Positions 29,888 through 41,053 are shown, counted from the stretch's first letter. The stretch is DNA of 46,632 nucleotides from Planctomycetota bacterium (GCA_024278695.1 JAJRSR010000211.1:1-46632); one strand, 5' to 3'. The notes: generated by a model not told the origin, from the letters alone. Translations and numbers: made by a program.

Positions 29888-30892
29888 TTAAGCGGCCAAG
29901 TATCGTTCTTCCAGTGTCAAACGCATTTTCTTGAGTGCGTTGTTCTGGATCTGTCGGACACGTTCTTTGGTGACACCGATGATCTGCCCAACCTGCTCCA
30001 GCGTTTTGGCCTTTGCGTCGGTCGGCTCCACATGGATGCCCAGTGCGAAGCGTTCACGGATGACTGTCGTTTCTACGTTGCTCAATCCCGCGAGGTTGTT
30101 CACGAAGATGTCTTTGAGCTCATCCACGCAATCGTTTTCAATGCTGACGCGGCGACTGTCTACGAAGTCGCTGCGTTCCATAGCCGGATCAAACTCTGTC
30201 GGGAAGGTGCCGCGGTAACGACCCGCGCGCATGGCCACCCGTGAGAAGCTCTTGAGAATGGCACGGCAGGAATATGTGCTGAACTTATACCCGCGCGAGC
30301 TATCGAATTTCTCGACGCTACGAAGCAATGCCATGTTGCCTTCACTGACCATCTCATTGAAATCGATATGGGTCAGCTTCGTGCGTTTGGCCATCGCCAA
30401 GACGAGCGGCATATTGAGACGCACGACGACAGCCCGAGCTGCGAGCGCCCGATGGCCCCACGCCAGCAGGTTACGCATGGCGGTGGCTGAAAGACGCTTA
30501 TCCGCGAACTGGTGCAGGATCGTGGCGATCTTGAGCCGTGCGAAATTGTACCGCATGAACAGGTGCTGCTCTTGTGCGTGTGTGAGCGTCGGGACGCGCT
30601 CGCCGGAGGTGACAGCGTCGCTGATCTCGTCCGGGTGTGTCTCAAAACGCGTGGCGGTCTTCGAAATCAGTTTGGCCGTCGCGACGAACAGGTCGCGCTC
30701 AATCGAAGGCGTATCGAAGTCCGGATGGTCTACGAAGTAATACGTCTCCGAGAGCAAACGTTCGAGCAGGACTGCGTCTTCTACAGACAGCGTCTCGCGG
30801 GTGCTATCGGTTGGCGGCTTGGCCATCGGGATCCAGCCCGATCCGATTTTGACCTTGACGGCAGTACTCATGTCTAGGGCCATCTCACTCAC
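29888..30892 (-). CDS. Sigma-70 family RNA polymerase sigma factor (short, RpoD-like regions 2 and 4)
   Basis: NMPLVLAMAK, SEGNMALLRSVEKFD..RGYKFSTY, KTLEQVGQIIGVTKERVRQIQ; AGGAG RBS. Confidence 0.92.
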   Translation of the reverse strand: MSEMALDMSTAVKVKIGSGWIPMAKPPTDSTRETLSVEDAVLLERLLSETYYFVDHPDFDTPSIERDLFVATAKLISKTATRFETHPDEISDAVTSGERVPTLTHAQEQHLFMRYNFARLKIATILHQFADKRLSATAMRNLLAWGHRALAARAVVVRLNMPLVLAMAKRTKLTHIDFNEMVSEGNMALLRSVEKFDSSRGYKFSTYSCRAILKSFSRVAMRAGRYRGTFPTEFDPAMERSDFVDSRRVSIENDCVDELKDIFVNNLAGLSNVETTVIRERFALGIHVEPTDAKAKTLEQVGQIIGVTKERVRQIQNNALKKMRLTLEERYLAA

Positions 30893-31259
30893 TCCTTTCG
30901 CTCAATCCACCCCCTCAATGGTGCGGAGGCCCGAAAACTTCAGGGCCGAGAAAAAGCCGCTTCATTGAGTAGTACGAAGCTCAAAGTGGTTTGGATGTCC
31001 CAACTTGTCGAGACGGCGTGATGATGCAGACGCACCATGCACACAAACCAAAAGAAAACTACGTACTCATTTCTGAGCTAGGGAGAATGGCGAAAGGTGG
31101 GGGACCGACTTGCCGTTTATTCCAATGTCTACCGGAGTATACCACACCTTTTGGCCCAAGACAAGCGAAATCGAAGAAAACAATGACTCCCGTGCGGATA
31201 CGCCCATAAGTGGAGGCTGGCGGATTGGACGTTATCTTTCTTACAGGGCTAGGGTTACG

Positions 31260-32546
31260 TTATTCGTGGCGGAGCGCTTCGATGGGGTCGAGTTGGGCGG
31301 CTGCCAGCGCCGGATACATCCCGAAGAAAATGCCCACGAGCACCGATAGACCGAAACTAACGCCCACGGACCAGACGGAAACGACCGTTTGCCACTCGGC
31401 CAGGTGCGAGACAAGATGCGCCCCGATGATACCGGCAATCGCCCCGATGATCCCGCCCGTGGTCGAGAGCACGACGGTTTCGACGAGAAATTGCACGGTG
31501 ATGTGGCGTTGCCGCGCACCCAGCGCACGTCGAATGCCGATCTCCCGGGTACGTTCCGTCACGGTGGCGAGCATGATGTTCATGATACCGATGCCGCCGA
31601 CGAGAAGCGAAATCCCCGCGATGAAGCCGAGCGTGAGTTTGCGGTTGCGTTCCTTTTTCTCGGCCAGCTTGAGCTGCGCCAGTGGCACACGCACGTCGTA
31701 ATCGAGCGTCTTGTGGTTGTGCTCCAAGACGCGTTTGACCATCTCGGATACGGGCAGCACGTGTTCAAGCTCATCGACCGTAACGTAAAGTCCGGAGTAT
31801 TGGACCTTGGTCATCTCCCGTGAGCCGGACGTTCTTCGGACCGTGGTTTCTCCGAAACGTGTGGTGGCCGTCGGAAACGGTACGAGGATTTCTCGATTGA
31901 GGTTGCGCTCTTCGACGCCACGCGCGGGTGCGCCTGCGGTCTGCACTGGTTCGAGCACGCCGATGACGGTGAACGGCACGCCGCCGTTCTGCTTGGCCGC
32001 GACGATGGTTTGTCCGAGCGGGTCGGTAAACGGAAAAAGCTCCTGTCGGACCTCATCGCCGATGACGCAGACGTTGAGTTTCTCGGCGGCATCCATCGCG
32101 GAAAGAGACCGGCCGCTGCTGACGCTCACGTTGACAACTTCGAAAAACTCGGGCGTCGTACCCACGACCTTCATCACGGCCTTGTGTTCACCATGTCTTG
32201 CCTGGAACGCCACGGCCTTCATCGGCACGACATGCTCAATATGGGGGACCGTGTTTTTGATACTGCCGACATCTTCATCGTGGATGCCGTAGGCGATGAG
32301 GTTGGTGTTGCGCGAGGATGACTGCCCCGTTTGCTGCGGCTTCACCGAGTTGATGATGATGTTTTTGGTGCCGAGAAGCTGGATCAGTCGCATTTCGTCG
32401 GCCGAAGCGCCCTCACTGATCGAGAGCATGCAAATAACCGCGGCCACGCCGAAGATAATGCCGAGCGATGTCAGCAACGACCGCAGTTTGTGCAGCCGCA
32501 GGTTGTTCAGCCCGAGCTTGACGGTTTCAATGCCGAAGGTTTTCAC
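31260..32546 (-). CDS. ABC transporter permease, MacB/FtsX family
   Basis: KLRSLLTSLGIIFGVAAVI, ISLLVGGIGIMNIMLATVTERTREIGIRRALGA, GIFFGMYPA..LDPIEALRHE. Confidence 0.95.
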   Translation of the reverse strand: MKTFGIETVKLGLNNLRLHKLRSLLTSLGIIFGVAAVICMLSISEGASADEMRLIQLLGTKNIIINSVKPQQTGQSSSRNTNLIAYGIHDEDVGSIKNTVPHIEHVVPMKAVAFQARHGEHKAVMKVVGTTPEFFEVVNVSVSSGRSLSAMDAAEKLNVCVIGDEVRQELFPFTDPLGQTIVAAKQNGGVPFTVIGVLEPVQTAGAPARGVEERNLNREILVPFPTATTRFGETTVRRTSGSREMTKVQYSGLYVTVDELEHVLPVSEMVKRVLEHNHKTLDYDVRVPLAQLKLAEKKERNRKLTLGFIAGISLLVGGIGIMNIMLATVTERTREIGIRRALGARQRHITVQFLVETVVLSTTGGIIGAIAGIIGAHLVSHLAEWQTVVSVWSVGVSFGLSVLVGIFFGMYPALAAAQLDPIEALRHE

Positions 32547-32602
32547 GACGCTGCCTTAGTACTTCTTCACACTCGCAGGTCGTAACAAACCATCGCCCGC
32601 GA

Positions 32603-34126
32603 TCAATCGCCGAACTTGATGCCCTGTGCCAGCGGGAGCTCGGTTGAGTAGTTGATCGTGTTCGTCTGCCGCCGCATGTAGGCTTTCCATGCGTCGGACC
32701 CCGACTCACGACCGCCACCGGTCTCCTTCTCGCCGCCGAACGCGCCGCCGATCTCGGCACCACTGGTACCGATGTTCACATTGGCGATTCCGCAATCACT
32801 ACCCGCAGCCGTCAGGAACTTCTCAGCTTCTAGTAGGTTCTTGGTGAACACTGCCGAGCTAAGACCCTGCGGCACGCCGTTGTGCAGCTCGATCGCCTCG
32901 TCCAGTGTAGCATAGGGGATGAGATAAAGGATCGGCGCTAATGTCTCATCTTGTACGATCTGGTACTCGTTCTTGGCGTTGGCGATGCACGGTGTGACGT
33001 AGCAGCCGCCGGGGTAGGCGTCGCCGCTGAGCCGCTCGCCGCCGTAGAGTACCTCCCCGCCGGCTTCCTTCAGCTTGGCGATGGCGTTCATCATGTCATC
33101 GACAGCGCCCTGGTTAATCAGTGGACCCATGAGCGTGCTTGGCTCCAGCGGGTTGCCGATGGGCACCTGCTTGTAGGCGGCAAGCAGCTTGTCGGTCAGC
33201 TCGCCACGGATGGATTCATGGATAATGACGCGCCGCGTGGACGTGCACCGCTGCCCGGCCGTACCCACCGCGCCAAACACGATCGCGCGGACGGCCATGT
33301 CAATATCAGCCTCCGGCGTTACGATGATCGCGTTATTACCACCGAGTTCGAGAATGGCGCGGCCCAATCGCTTACCGACGACCTCACCCACGCGGTACCC
33401 CATGCGGCAGCTTCCCGTCGCAGAGATCAGCGGGATGCGCCGGTCGTTGATGAGCGCCTCACCGACGGAGCTACCCTTGCCAATGACCAGACTAAACAGC
33501 GCCGGGTCCGCGCCGACGTCCTTGCATACCTGCTCCGCGATCTTGGTACAGGCGATCGCGGTGAGCGGCGTGGATGACGACGGTTTCCAGATGGTGGCGT
33601 CGCCGCAGACGTTGGCCAGGGCTGAGTTCCACGCCCAAACCGCGACGGGGAAGTTAAACGCGCTGATGACACCGATGGAACCGAGCGGGTGCCACTGCTC
33701 ATACATCCGGTGACCCGGACGCTCGGAGTGCATGGTCAGGCCGTATAGCTGTCGCGAGAGCCCAACGGCGAAGTCGCAGATGTCGATCATCTCCTGGACC
33801 TCACCCTCACCCTCTGGGCGGATCTTGCCCATCTCCATCGTGACCAGCGCGCCGAGCGCGGCCTTCTTCTCACGAAGGGCGTTGCCGAGCTGGCGGACGA
33901 GTTCTCCGCGATGAGGGGCCGGTGTGGTGCGCCACGTGCGGTAGGCCTCATGCGCCCGCGCCGCGATGCGGTCGTATTCCTCAACCGTGATCTGCGTCAC
34001 GTTGGCGATGGTTGCGCCGTCGATGGGGGAGGCTGATTCGAGTTTGTCACCCGAGCCGATCCACTCACCGCAGAAGCCGCCAAGGTTGTTAGATTCAATG
34101 CCGAGCGTTTTGAGTACGTCTGTCAT
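32603..34126 (-). CDS. Aldehyde dehydrogenase family 7 (alpha-aminoadipic semialdehyde/P6C dehydrogenase-like)
   Basis: GEGEVQEMIDICDFAVGLSRQL, ISAFNFPVAVW, LELGGNNA, GTAGQRCTSTRR, GAEIGGAFGGEKETGGGRESGSDAWK. Confidence 0.93.
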   Translation of the reverse strand: MTDVLKTLGIESNNLGGFCGEWIGSGDKLESASPIDGATIANVTQITVEEYDRIAARAHEAYRTWRTTPAPHRGELVRQLGNALREKKAALGALVTMEMGKIRPEGEGEVQEMIDICDFAVGLSRQLYGLTMHSERPGHRMYEQWHPLGSIGVISAFNFPVAVWAWNSALANVCGDATIWKPSSSTPLTAIACTKIAEQVCKDVGADPALFSLVIGKGSSVGEALINDRRIPLISATGSCRMGYRVGEVVGKRLGRAILELGGNNAIIVTPEADIDMAVRAIVFGAVGTAGQRCTSTRRVIIHESIRGELTDKLLAAYKQVPIGNPLEPSTLMGPLINQGAVDDMMNAIAKLKEAGGEVLYGGERLSGDAYPGGCYVTPCIANAKNEYQIVQDETLAPILYLIPYATLDEAIELHNGVPQGLSSAVFTKNLLEAEKFLTAAGSDCGIANVNIGTSGAEIGGAFGGEKETGGGRESGSDAWKAYMRRQTNTINYSTELPLAQGIKFGD

Positions 34127-34238
34127 GACCAGGGCCTTCTATTTCTCTATCGTTCTCTATTGATTCGTCAGTTCGATTCGATTGGTTTCGTTAGTACGGT
34201 CGTCGATTCGCCGGATCCCGAGCGATTCTCCAGTTCTC

Positions 34239-34306
34239 GTAGGTCGGGCACCGCCCGACGCCTTCCACCAACGCCGTGGCGTTTCGTCGGGCAGAACCCG
34301 ACCGAT
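34239..34306. repeat. REP-like family C inverted doublet (GTAG-tagged palindrome)
   Basis: GTAG-GTCGGGC-ACC-GCCCGAC (34239-34259) and inverted GTCGGGCAGAACCCGACC (34286-34303). Confidence 0.65.
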
Positions 34307-34540
34307 CGGCCTGCGGCGCACGCATTGTTGCGCCACGCCGTGCCGCGTCATCGCGGAAAACACCGCCGAACAAGGCAGAATAGCCGAGCGGCAGGGGACG
34401 TCAACTGTTGGCGCGGGTCGGTCGTTATGGCGCACCGCGTAATTTTCAGGGGCGGCAGCGGTTCGAAATCGCAGCAGGTGCGCCGGCTACTCCTCGGGTT
34501 TCGTCTTGCTCGCCGCGAGTACGCCAGCAATGGCACCACC

Positions 34541-34621
34541 CAGGCCCGTCGCACATTAAGTTCCTTTTGCCGCAAGGACTTGCATCAAGAACTCGTTGTT
34601 CCAGCCGGCCATTTCGCTCTT
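34541..34621 (+). repeat. Dispersed ~80-bp element, copy 2
   Basis: CAGGCCCGTCGCACATTAAGTTCCTTTTGCCGCAAGGACTTGCATCAAGAACTCGTTGTTCCAGCCGGCCATTTCGCTCTT; near-identical to 14227-14321. Confidence 0.88.
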
Positions 34622-34650
34622 TCCTTTTGATGCTGCTTGCGGTTTCCGTT

Positions 34651-34690
34651 CGATTCGTGTTCCCCCGCAACTGAAGCTACGAGCCATCCG
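34651..34690 (+). repeat. REP-like family A copy
   Basis: CGATTCGTGTTCCCCCGCAACTGAAGCTACGAGCCATCCG. Confidence 0.75.
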
Positions 34691-34787
34691 CCCCGGCAGC
34701 CCAGCAGTCGTTTCATTCGACAGGCCGTGCCTGATCTTCTACCTTGCCTGTGCTCGACGTATATCTGTCCAGGGAGGTGATGGTCAA

Positions 34788-36572
34788 GTGAAATCTGTTC
34801 TTGAAGAATTGTCACGGCGCGTGCGTACGGCGATGGTCAAAGTCGGTGCGGACGGTGATCCGATCGTGCGCGCGTCCCAGGATGCGAAGTTTGGTGACTA
34901 CCAATCCAACGCCGCGATGGGCCTGGCCAAGAAGCTCGGCAAGAAGCCGCGTGACCTGGCCGCTGAGATCGTAGCCGCCCTCGAAATCGACGACATCTGC
35001 GAACCGGCGGAGATTGCCGGACCGGGGTTTATCAATCTGACGCTGAAGCCGAGTTATCTTGGCAAGCTATTGACCGGAGTTCCTTCGGTCGCGGACGGTG
35101 GTCTGGATCGACTTGGAATTGAGCCGACCGCAGACCCGCAGGTTGTGGTCGTGGACCTTTCGAGTCCGAATCTGGCGAAAGAAATGCACGTGGGTCACCT
35201 GCGGAGCACGGTGATCGGTGATTGCATCTGCCGCGTGCTCGAGTTTGAGGGTCACACCGTTCACCGTGAGAACCACGTCGGTGATTGGGGAACGCAGTTT
35301 GGCATGCTTGTGGCGCACCTGCTTCGTGAAAAGCCGGATATCATCGACCACCCGGATGAGCTGGTTATCGCCGATCTCGAATCATTTTATGTGGCCGCGA
35401 AGAACCGCTTCGACGCCGATGAGGCGTTCAAGGCGGAGTCACGCGAAACGGTAGTCAAATTGCAGCAGGGTGATCCGACGACTCGAAAAATCTGGAAAGC
35501 CTTTTGCGATGAGTCGCTCCGGCATTGTCACGACATCTACGACCGGCTCCAAGTGCGCCTGACGGATCGCGGCGAGAGTTATTACACCGATCGCATGGAA
35601 GAAATCATCGGTCGGATCGAAAAGAAGATGGTCGGTGCTGATGGCGGGTGGATCAGAGAGAGCGACGGGGCGCTGTGCTTCTTTCTCGATGGCTTTACGA
35701 CGCGAGACGGAGAGCCGCTGCCGATGATCGTACGCAAGTCGGACGGGGGGTTTAATTACGCCACCTCAGACCTCGCGACGATCACACACCGTGTGGAGGA
35801 ACTCGGGGCCACACGGATTTTGTATGTCGTTGGGCTTCCGCAGAAGCAACACTTTGAGATGGTCTTTGCCGGAGCCAGGAAGGTCGGCTTCGCTGGTGAT
35901 GACGTCGCGCTTGAACATCTTGGCTTCGGCAGCGTGCTGTCCAAATCGGGCGTGATGTTCAAGACGCGTGAGGGCGGCACGTTTAAGCTAAAGGCACTGC
36001 TCGATGAAGCCGTTGAGCGGGCGCTGGCCGTGCTGCGCGAGCAGGATCGCGATGGCGGCTTCTCCGAGGCGCAGGCGGCCAAGACGGCGGAGATCGTCGG
36101 GATCGGCGCGGTGAAGTATTTTGACTTGGCCCACGCAAGGCAGAGCGACTACAAGTTCGACATTGACCACATGCTGGCGATGGAAGGCAACACCGCGCCC
36201 TACATGATGTACGCCTATGCGCGGATCCGTTCGATCGGACGCAAGGCCGGTGTGGCGGTGGGTGCGCTACCGGCGGATGAGCCGATTCTGTTGGAGCATC
36301 CCACGGAGATCGCGTTGGCGGTGAAGCTCGTGCAGTTCTCCGAGACGCTGCACGGCATCGCACGCGAGCTGCGTCCGAATGTGCTGACGGAATACCTCTA
36401 TGAGCTAGCGAAAGCCTTCAGCCGGTTCTACGACAAGAAGAACGGCGTCCGCGTGATCGATGCGACGCCCGAAAGCGTCAGAAACTCTCGGTTGCGTTTG
36501 TGCGATCTTACCGCCCGGACGCTCAAGCTCGGGCTAGGGTTGTTGGGGATCGAAACCGTCGAGCGGATGTAG
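34788..36572 (+). CDS. argS: Arginine--tRNA ligase
   Basis: FGDYQSNAAM, GPGFIN, SSPNLAKEMHVGHLRST (HIGH), NHVGDWGTQFG, KSDGG, FKTREG, GNTAPY; GGAGG RBS before GTG 34788. Confidence 0.97.
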   Translation: MKSVLEELSRRVRTAMVKVGADGDPIVRASQDAKFGDYQSNAAMGLAKKLGKKPRDLAAEIVAALEIDDICEPAEIAGPGFINLTLKPSYLGKLLTGVPSVADGGLDRLGIEPTADPQVVVVDLSSPNLAKEMHVGHLRSTVIGDCICRVLEFEGHTVHRENHVGDWGTQFGMLVAHLLREKPDIIDHPDELVIADLESFYVAAKNRFDADEAFKAESRETVVKLQQGDPTTRKIWKAFCDESLRHCHDIYDRLQVRLTDRGESYYTDRMEEIIGRIEKKMVGADGGWIRESDGALCFFLDGFTTRDGEPLPMIVRKSDGGFNYATSDLATITHRVEELGATRILYVVGLPQKQHFEMVFAGARKVGFAGDDVALEHLGFGSVLSKSGVMFKTREGGTFKLKALLDEAVERALAVLREQDRDGGFSEAQAAKTAEIVGIGAVKYFDLAHARQSDYKFDIDHMLAMEGNTAPYMMYAYARIRSIGRKAGVAVGALPADEPILLEHPTEIALAVKLVQFSETLHGIARELRPNVLTEYLYELAKAFSRFYDKKNGVRVIDATPESVRNSRLRLCDLTARTLKLGLGLLGIETVERM

Positions 36573-36701
36573 ATGGATGTATGAGGACGGCCCTTTGTAC
36601 GGCCTCGGCCGGAAGGTTTGCCCGCGACGGGGTGCTCCATTGTCTGCCGTGGGCGAACGGTGGGGAACGGACAGCTCGAAACGGTATTGACAGTGCCCGT
36701 T

Positions 36702-36740
36702 CGATTCGTGTTCCCCGCAGCTAAAACCGCAGGTCACCCA
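36702..36740 (+). repeat. REP-like family A copy (right arm of a hairpin at 36658-36720)
   Basis: CGATTCGTGTTCCCCGCAGCTAAAACCGCAGGTCACCCA; 36697-36716 is identical over 20 bp to 34646-34665. Confidence 0.78.
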
Positions 36741-36773
36741 AGCATGCTACCGTTTGTTCAAGCACTCAGGCAC

Positions 36774-36821
36774 AAAAAAGCGTGAACCGTAACGCCGCTT
36801 TTCACGTCGTACGGTTCACGC
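36774..36821 (-). terminator. Rho-independent terminator downstream of rpsR
   Basis: 12-bp stem GCGTGAACCGTA/TACGGTTCACGC followed by T6 on the minus strand. Confidence 0.8.
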
Positions 36822-36890
36822 GGTATTCTGTCGTATCAGCCTGGGATCCAATGCTCCCGGAGAGCACCGATCTCGCCCTTACGCGCCGTT

Positions 36891-37142
36891 CTAAACGCCA
36901 GCGTAGGGGATCAGCGCCATGAAGCGGGATCGCTTGATGGCCTGCTTCAAGACGTTCTGCTCTTGGGCAGTGGTGCCAGCGCGTTTGCGTGACATGAGCT
37001 TGCTGCTCGACGTCAAAAACTTACGCAGCAGTTCCACTTCTTTGTAGTCGACGGTCGGTCCGACCCATTCGCCGCGCTTGCGGTCACCGAATCGCTGTGC
37101 GGACCGGAACGTCTTACCTCGTTGCTGTTGCTCTCTTGCCAT
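36891..37142 (-). CDS. rpsR: 30S ribosomal protein S18 (Cys-free form)
   Basis: VDYKEVELLRKFL..KLMSRKRAGT..AIKRSRFMALIPY. Confidence 0.93.
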   Translation of the reverse strand: MAREQQQRGKTFRSAQRFGDRKRGEWVGPTVDYKEVELLRKFLTSSSKLMSRKRAGTTAQEQNVLKQAIKRSRFMALIPYAGV

Positions 37143-37237
37143 GCGGTCTCTTTCGTTAATTCTCTTGCGGCATGCTAACCCCGGAAACCCGTGGCTGCCG
37201 CTGTCCCGGGGAGGCTCTTCGAGCCTCCATGAACCCT

Positions 37238-37447
37238 CTAACCTGTTTCGGCCATGACCCTTTCAAACTCGCCGGGGTCGGCCTCCTGCGACTCCTCGAC
37301 CAGCATGATCGGGATACCGTCGCGGATCGGATACTTTCGCCGCGTTGCCGCGTCGGTCGAATAGAGCCAATCACCAACCTGCACCAAAGGAACACGGGCC
37401 ACCGGGCACTCCATGATCTTGAGCAGGTCGCTGTTAATCTCGGCCAT
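37238..37447 (-). CDS. Trm112/YcaR family protein
   Basis: LLKIMECPV..PL..RKYPIRDGIPIMLVEE; GAGG RBS. Confidence 0.88.
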   Translation of the reverse strand: MAEINSDLLKIMECPVARVPLVQVGDWLYSTDAATRRKYPIRDGIPIMLVEESQEADPGEFERVMAETG

Positions 37448-37672
37448 CACAACACCTCGAAAGCGGCTGACCACCCACGAATGCTCAATTGGGCACCGGT
37501 CACCAACCACCGAACAAGCCGGGGATTGTAGCTGAAAGCGGTTATCCTGCAACGGCACAACCGGCCAGCCTCGCGGCTGCAACTTTGACCATGCGTTCGT
37601 ACACTCGTATGATAGCGGTTTTCCCAGTTTGGCACTGGTTTTTTGCCGTAGGACGATAGGGACGATCAAACC

Positions 37673-40390
37673 ATGACCACCACAAATGTCGATAGTTGCA
37701 ACGCTGCGGGCACGCTGGCCACGAAGGGTGGAGACGTGCAAGTCTATAGGTTGTCAGCACTTACGGGTGCTGGGCTCGGGGATATCTCTCGACTGCCGTT
37801 CAGTATCAAGGTATTGCTTGAGAGCGTGCTGCGGAACATGGACGGCTTCACCATCACTGAGGATGACGTCAAGAAGCTGGCCTCCTGGGATGGCGCGGCG
37901 GCAGGTGGCGGGGAGGTGCCGTTCCTGCCGTCCCGTGTTTTGCTTCAGGACTTCACCGGCGTGCCGGCCGTGGTGGACTTGGCGGCCATGCGTGATGCGA
38001 TGGTCAGCCTCGGCGGTGACCCGAAGAAGATCAACCCGCTCATTCCCGTTGATCTGGTGATCGATCACTCGGTTCAGGTGGATGCGTTCGGTTCGGATGA
38101 AGCGTTGGGGATTAACGCACAGCGAGAGTTTCTTCGGAATCGCGAGCGGTACCAGTTCCTCCGTTGGGGGCAGAATGCTTTCGACGGTTTCCGCGTGGTC
38201 CCGCCGGCTATGGGCATCGTTCATCAGATCAACCTGGAATACCTCGCTTCGGTCGTATCGACGCGTAAGGTGGACGGCAAGACTGTGGCGATGCCCGACA
38301 GCTTGGTCGGCACGGATAGCCACACGACGATGATCAATGGAGTCGGCGTCGTCGGGTGGGGCGTCGGAGGCATTGAAGCCGAAGCGGTGATGCTTGGGCA
38401 GCCGGTTTATATGCTCACCCCGCAGGTGATCGGGTTTAAGCTAACCGGTGCGCTTCCCGAAGGTGCGACGGCCACCGATCTCGTGTTGGTGATCGTGGAG
38501 ATGCTTCGAAAGAAGGGTGTCGTCGGGAAGTTTGTGGAGTTCTACGGTCCGGGGCTGGCGCACATGACGCTGGCCGACCGGGCGACGATCGCCAACATGG
38601 CCCCGGAATACGGCGCGACGATGGGCTTTTTCCCGGTTGATGATGAGACGCTTCGTTTCTTGCGTAACACGGCGCGCTCCGAAGATGTGGTTGATCTTGT
38701 CGAGCGTTACACAAAGGAGCAGGGCTTGTTTCGCACGGACAGCATGCCGGAGCCGACATTTACCGATACGCTGAGCCTCGATATATCCACAGTCGAGCCG
38801 TGCCTAGCCGGTCCGAAGCGCCCGCAGGACCGCATCCTGATGAGTAAGATGAAGTCGTCATTCGCCTCGACGCTCAAGGCTCCGGTGTCCGAGCGCGGGT
38901 TCGCGTTAGATGACGCGGCGCTGGAACGCAAGGCCGACGTGCGTCACAACGGTGGTTCGACGAGCATGACCCACGGCGCGATCGCGATTGCAGCCATCAC
39001 AAGCTGCACCAACACCTCGAACCCTTCAGTGATGATCGCGGCCGGTATGGTCGCGAAGAACGCCATCGAAAAAGGACTGAAAGTTTCGCCGCACATCAAG
39101 ACAAGCCTCGCTCCCGGATCGCGGGTCGTGACGGACTACTTGGAAGATGCCGGGCTTATGCCGTACTTGAAGCAGCTCGGGTTTCATGTGGTGGGGTATG
39201 GGTGTACGACGTGCATTGGCAACAGCGGCCCGATTCCTGAGCCGGTTGCGGCTGCGATCAACGAGGGCGATCTTGTGGTGTGTTCGGTGCTTAGTGGAAA
39301 CCGGAATTTCGAGGGACGCATCCACGCATTGATTAAGGCGAACTACCTGGCGTCGCCGCCGCTCGTCGTGGCCTACGCCCTGGCGGGCAAGGTCGATATC
39401 GATCTGACGACGGAGCCGCTCGGTGTTGGTCGTGACGGCGCGCCGATCATGCTGAAGGACATCTGGCCGACCCAGCAGCAGGTTCGCGACGCGGTCACTA
39501 AGAGTGTGACGGCCGAGAAATATGGCGACCGGTACGCCGGTGTGTTCGACGCGAATGAGGAGTGGAACAAGATCAGCGGTGCGACCGGCGCGACGTACGC
39601 TTGGGATGACAGCAGCACCTATGTGCAGAACCCGCCGTTCTTCGACGGGCTGACCAAGGCCGTGCCGCCGATCCGTCCCATCGCCGGTGCGCGGGTGCTG
39701 GCTATGCTGGGTGATTCGGTGACGACGGATCACATTTCGCCGGCCGGTGCGATCAAGCCGGATGCGCCGGCGGGTGCCTTCTTGCGTGATGCCGGCGTGG
39801 CACCGGGTGACTTCAACAGCTACGGCTCGCGGCGCGGCAATGACCGGATCATGACGCGCGGCACGTTCGCCAACATTCGGCTGCGAAACCTGCTCGCGCC
39901 GGGCACTGAGGGCGGGGAGACGATTTACCTACCGACGGGTGAGCCGATGCCGATGTACGACGCGGCTCAGAAATACATGGCCGACGGTACGCCTCTGGTC
40001 GTGCTGGCCGGCACGGAATATGGCACGGGTTCATCGCGCGACTGGGCCGCTAAGGGCACGCTGCTGCTCGGGGTGAAGGCCGTGATCGCCCAGAGTTTCG
40101 AGCGCATCCACCGGAGTAATCTGGTTGGCATGGGTGTGTTGCCGCTTCAGTTCCGCGAGGGTGAATCGCGCGAGACGCTCGGGTTGACCGGGCACGAAGT
40201 GTTCGACTTCACCGGGTTGGGCAATGACTTGCAGCCGCTGCAAGAGATCGACGTGCGTGTCACCGATGCGAAGACGAACGAGTCGCGTACGATCACGGTT
40301 GTGGTGCGGATTGATACCCCGGTCGAAGTGGACTACTACCGCAACGGTGGCATCCTCCCGACGGTGCTTCGGAAGCTGGCCGCCAAGTAG
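37673..40390 (+). CDS. acnA: Aconitate hydratase A
   Basis: [73 protein letters not shown]. Confidence 0.98.
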   Translation: MTTTNVDSCNAAGTLATKGGDVQVYRLSALTGAGLGDISRLPFSIKVLLESVLRNMDGFTITEDDVKKLASWDGAAAGGGEVPFLPSRVLLQDFTGVPAVVDLAAMRDAMVSLGGDPKKINPLIPVDLVIDHSVQVDAFGSDEALGINAQREFLRNRERYQFLRWGQNAFDGFRVVPPAMGIVHQINLEYLASVVSTRKVDGKTVAMPDSLVGTDSHTTMINGVGVVGWGVGGIEAEAVMLGQPVYMLTPQVIGFKLTGALPEGATATDLVLVIVEMLRKKGVVGKFVEFYGPGLAHMTLADRATIANMAPEYGATMGFFPVDDETLRFLRNTARSEDVVDLVERYTKEQGLFRTDSMPEPTFTDTLSLDISTVEPCLAGPKRPQDRILMSKMKSSFASTLKAPVSERGFALDDAALERKADVRHNGGSTSMTHGAIAIAAITSCTNTSNPSVMIAAGMVAKNAIEKGLKVSPHIKTSLAPGSRVVTDYLEDAGLMPYLKQLGFHVVGYGCTTCIGNSGPIPEPVAAAINEGDLVVCSVLSGNRNFEGRIHALIKANYLASPPLVVAYALAGKVDIDLTTEPLGVGRDGAPIMLKDIWPTQQQVRDAVTKSVTAEKYGDRYAGVFDANEEWNKISGATGATYAWDDSSTYVQNPPFFDGLTKAVPPIRPIAGARVLAMLGDSVTTDHISPAGAIKPDAPAGAFLRDAGVAPGDFNSYGSRRGNDRIMTRGTFANIRLRNLLAPGTEGGETIYLPTGEPMPMYDAAQKYMADGTPLVVLAGTEYGTGSSRDWAAKGTLLLGVKAVIAQSFERIHRSNLVGMGVLPLQFREGESRETLGLTGHEVFDFTGLGNDLQPLQEIDVRVTDAKTNESRTITVVVRIDTPVEVDYYRNGGILPTVLRKLAAK

Positions 40391-40404
40391 GCTGGTTCGG
40401 GTAT

Positions 40405-40445
40405 CGGGTGGCCTGTGGCTTTAGCTCCGGGGGGGGCGTGAATCG
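40405..40445 (-). repeat. REP-like family A copy
   Basis: Reverse complement reads CGATTCACGCCCCCCCCGGAGCTAAAGCCACAGGCCACCCG. Confidence 0.72.
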
Positions 40446-40567
40446 GTTGCGTGGCATGGGCAGGCTGGCGTTTAATGCTGTTCGGGAAGTTGGAGCGGTA
40501 AGTAATGCCTGCTGTGGGAGTATGTGCTTCGCGATTGATCGAGTGGTTACTGGTTGAGAGGCTACAC

Positions 40568-41053
40568 ATGGGCCGGTGTGCCACATTATTGATTGGCGCG
40601 GGACTCGTTCTGTTGCCGGTGGGCTGCGCTGGTAGGGTGGTTGGTGCTGCGCCCCGCGATCGTGTCAACACTTGCCGGGCGATCCAAACCGTGCTCGAAG
40701 ACCAGGCCGACGCGTGGAACCGGGGCGACGTGGCGGCGTTCATGACTGGTTATTGGAAGTCGCCGGAGCTTGCGTTTGTGTCGGGCGATCGTGTGACGCG
40801 CGGTTGGCAGGCCACCCTGGACCGCTACCACAAGCGGTATCCCACCCAAGAGGCGATGGGTCGGCTTGTGTTTTCTGAGCTCAACGTCCGAGAGCTAGCG
40901 CGCGATGCTGCGTTGGTTTCCGGTCGTTGGGCGCTGGACCGCGGGCAGCCGATTGGCGGTCGTTTCACGCTGCTCTTTCGCCTGCGTGACGACCGCTGGG
41001 TAATCGTTTACGACCACACGTCTTCGGGTGAGGTCCCAGCGGGTAGCGGGTAA
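40568..41053 (+). CDS. NTF2-like (DUF4440/YybH) lipoprotein
   Basis: Lipobox PVGC; QADAWNRGDVAAFMTGYW..RGWQATLDRY..GRFTLLF..WVIVYDHTS. Confidence 0.85.
   Translation: MGRCATLLIGAGLVLLPVGCAGRVVGAAPRDRVNTCRAIQTVLEDQADAWNRGDVAAFMTGYWKSPELAFVSGDRVTRGWQATLDRYHKRYPTQEAMGRLVFSELNVRELARDAALVSGRWALDRGQPIGGRFTLLFRLRDDRWVIVYDHTSSGEVPAGSG

Noticed and set aside
34646-36716. 20-bp perfect direct repeats flanking argS, as possible att sites or target-site duplication
   Set aside because: Both belong to REP-like family A, which also occurs at other loci in the window; no integrase is present and argS is a core gene.
36660-36720. tRNA-like GTTCGATTC T-loop and acceptor-like stem
   Set aside because: Only ~60 nt, with no D or anticodon arms and no CCA; explained by the REP hairpin.
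36891-37142. Cys-free orphan S18 as a zinc-starvation paralogue
   Set aside because: No Zur-like box or other zinc-responsive genes were seen; it cannot be told from the sole S18 without the whole genome.
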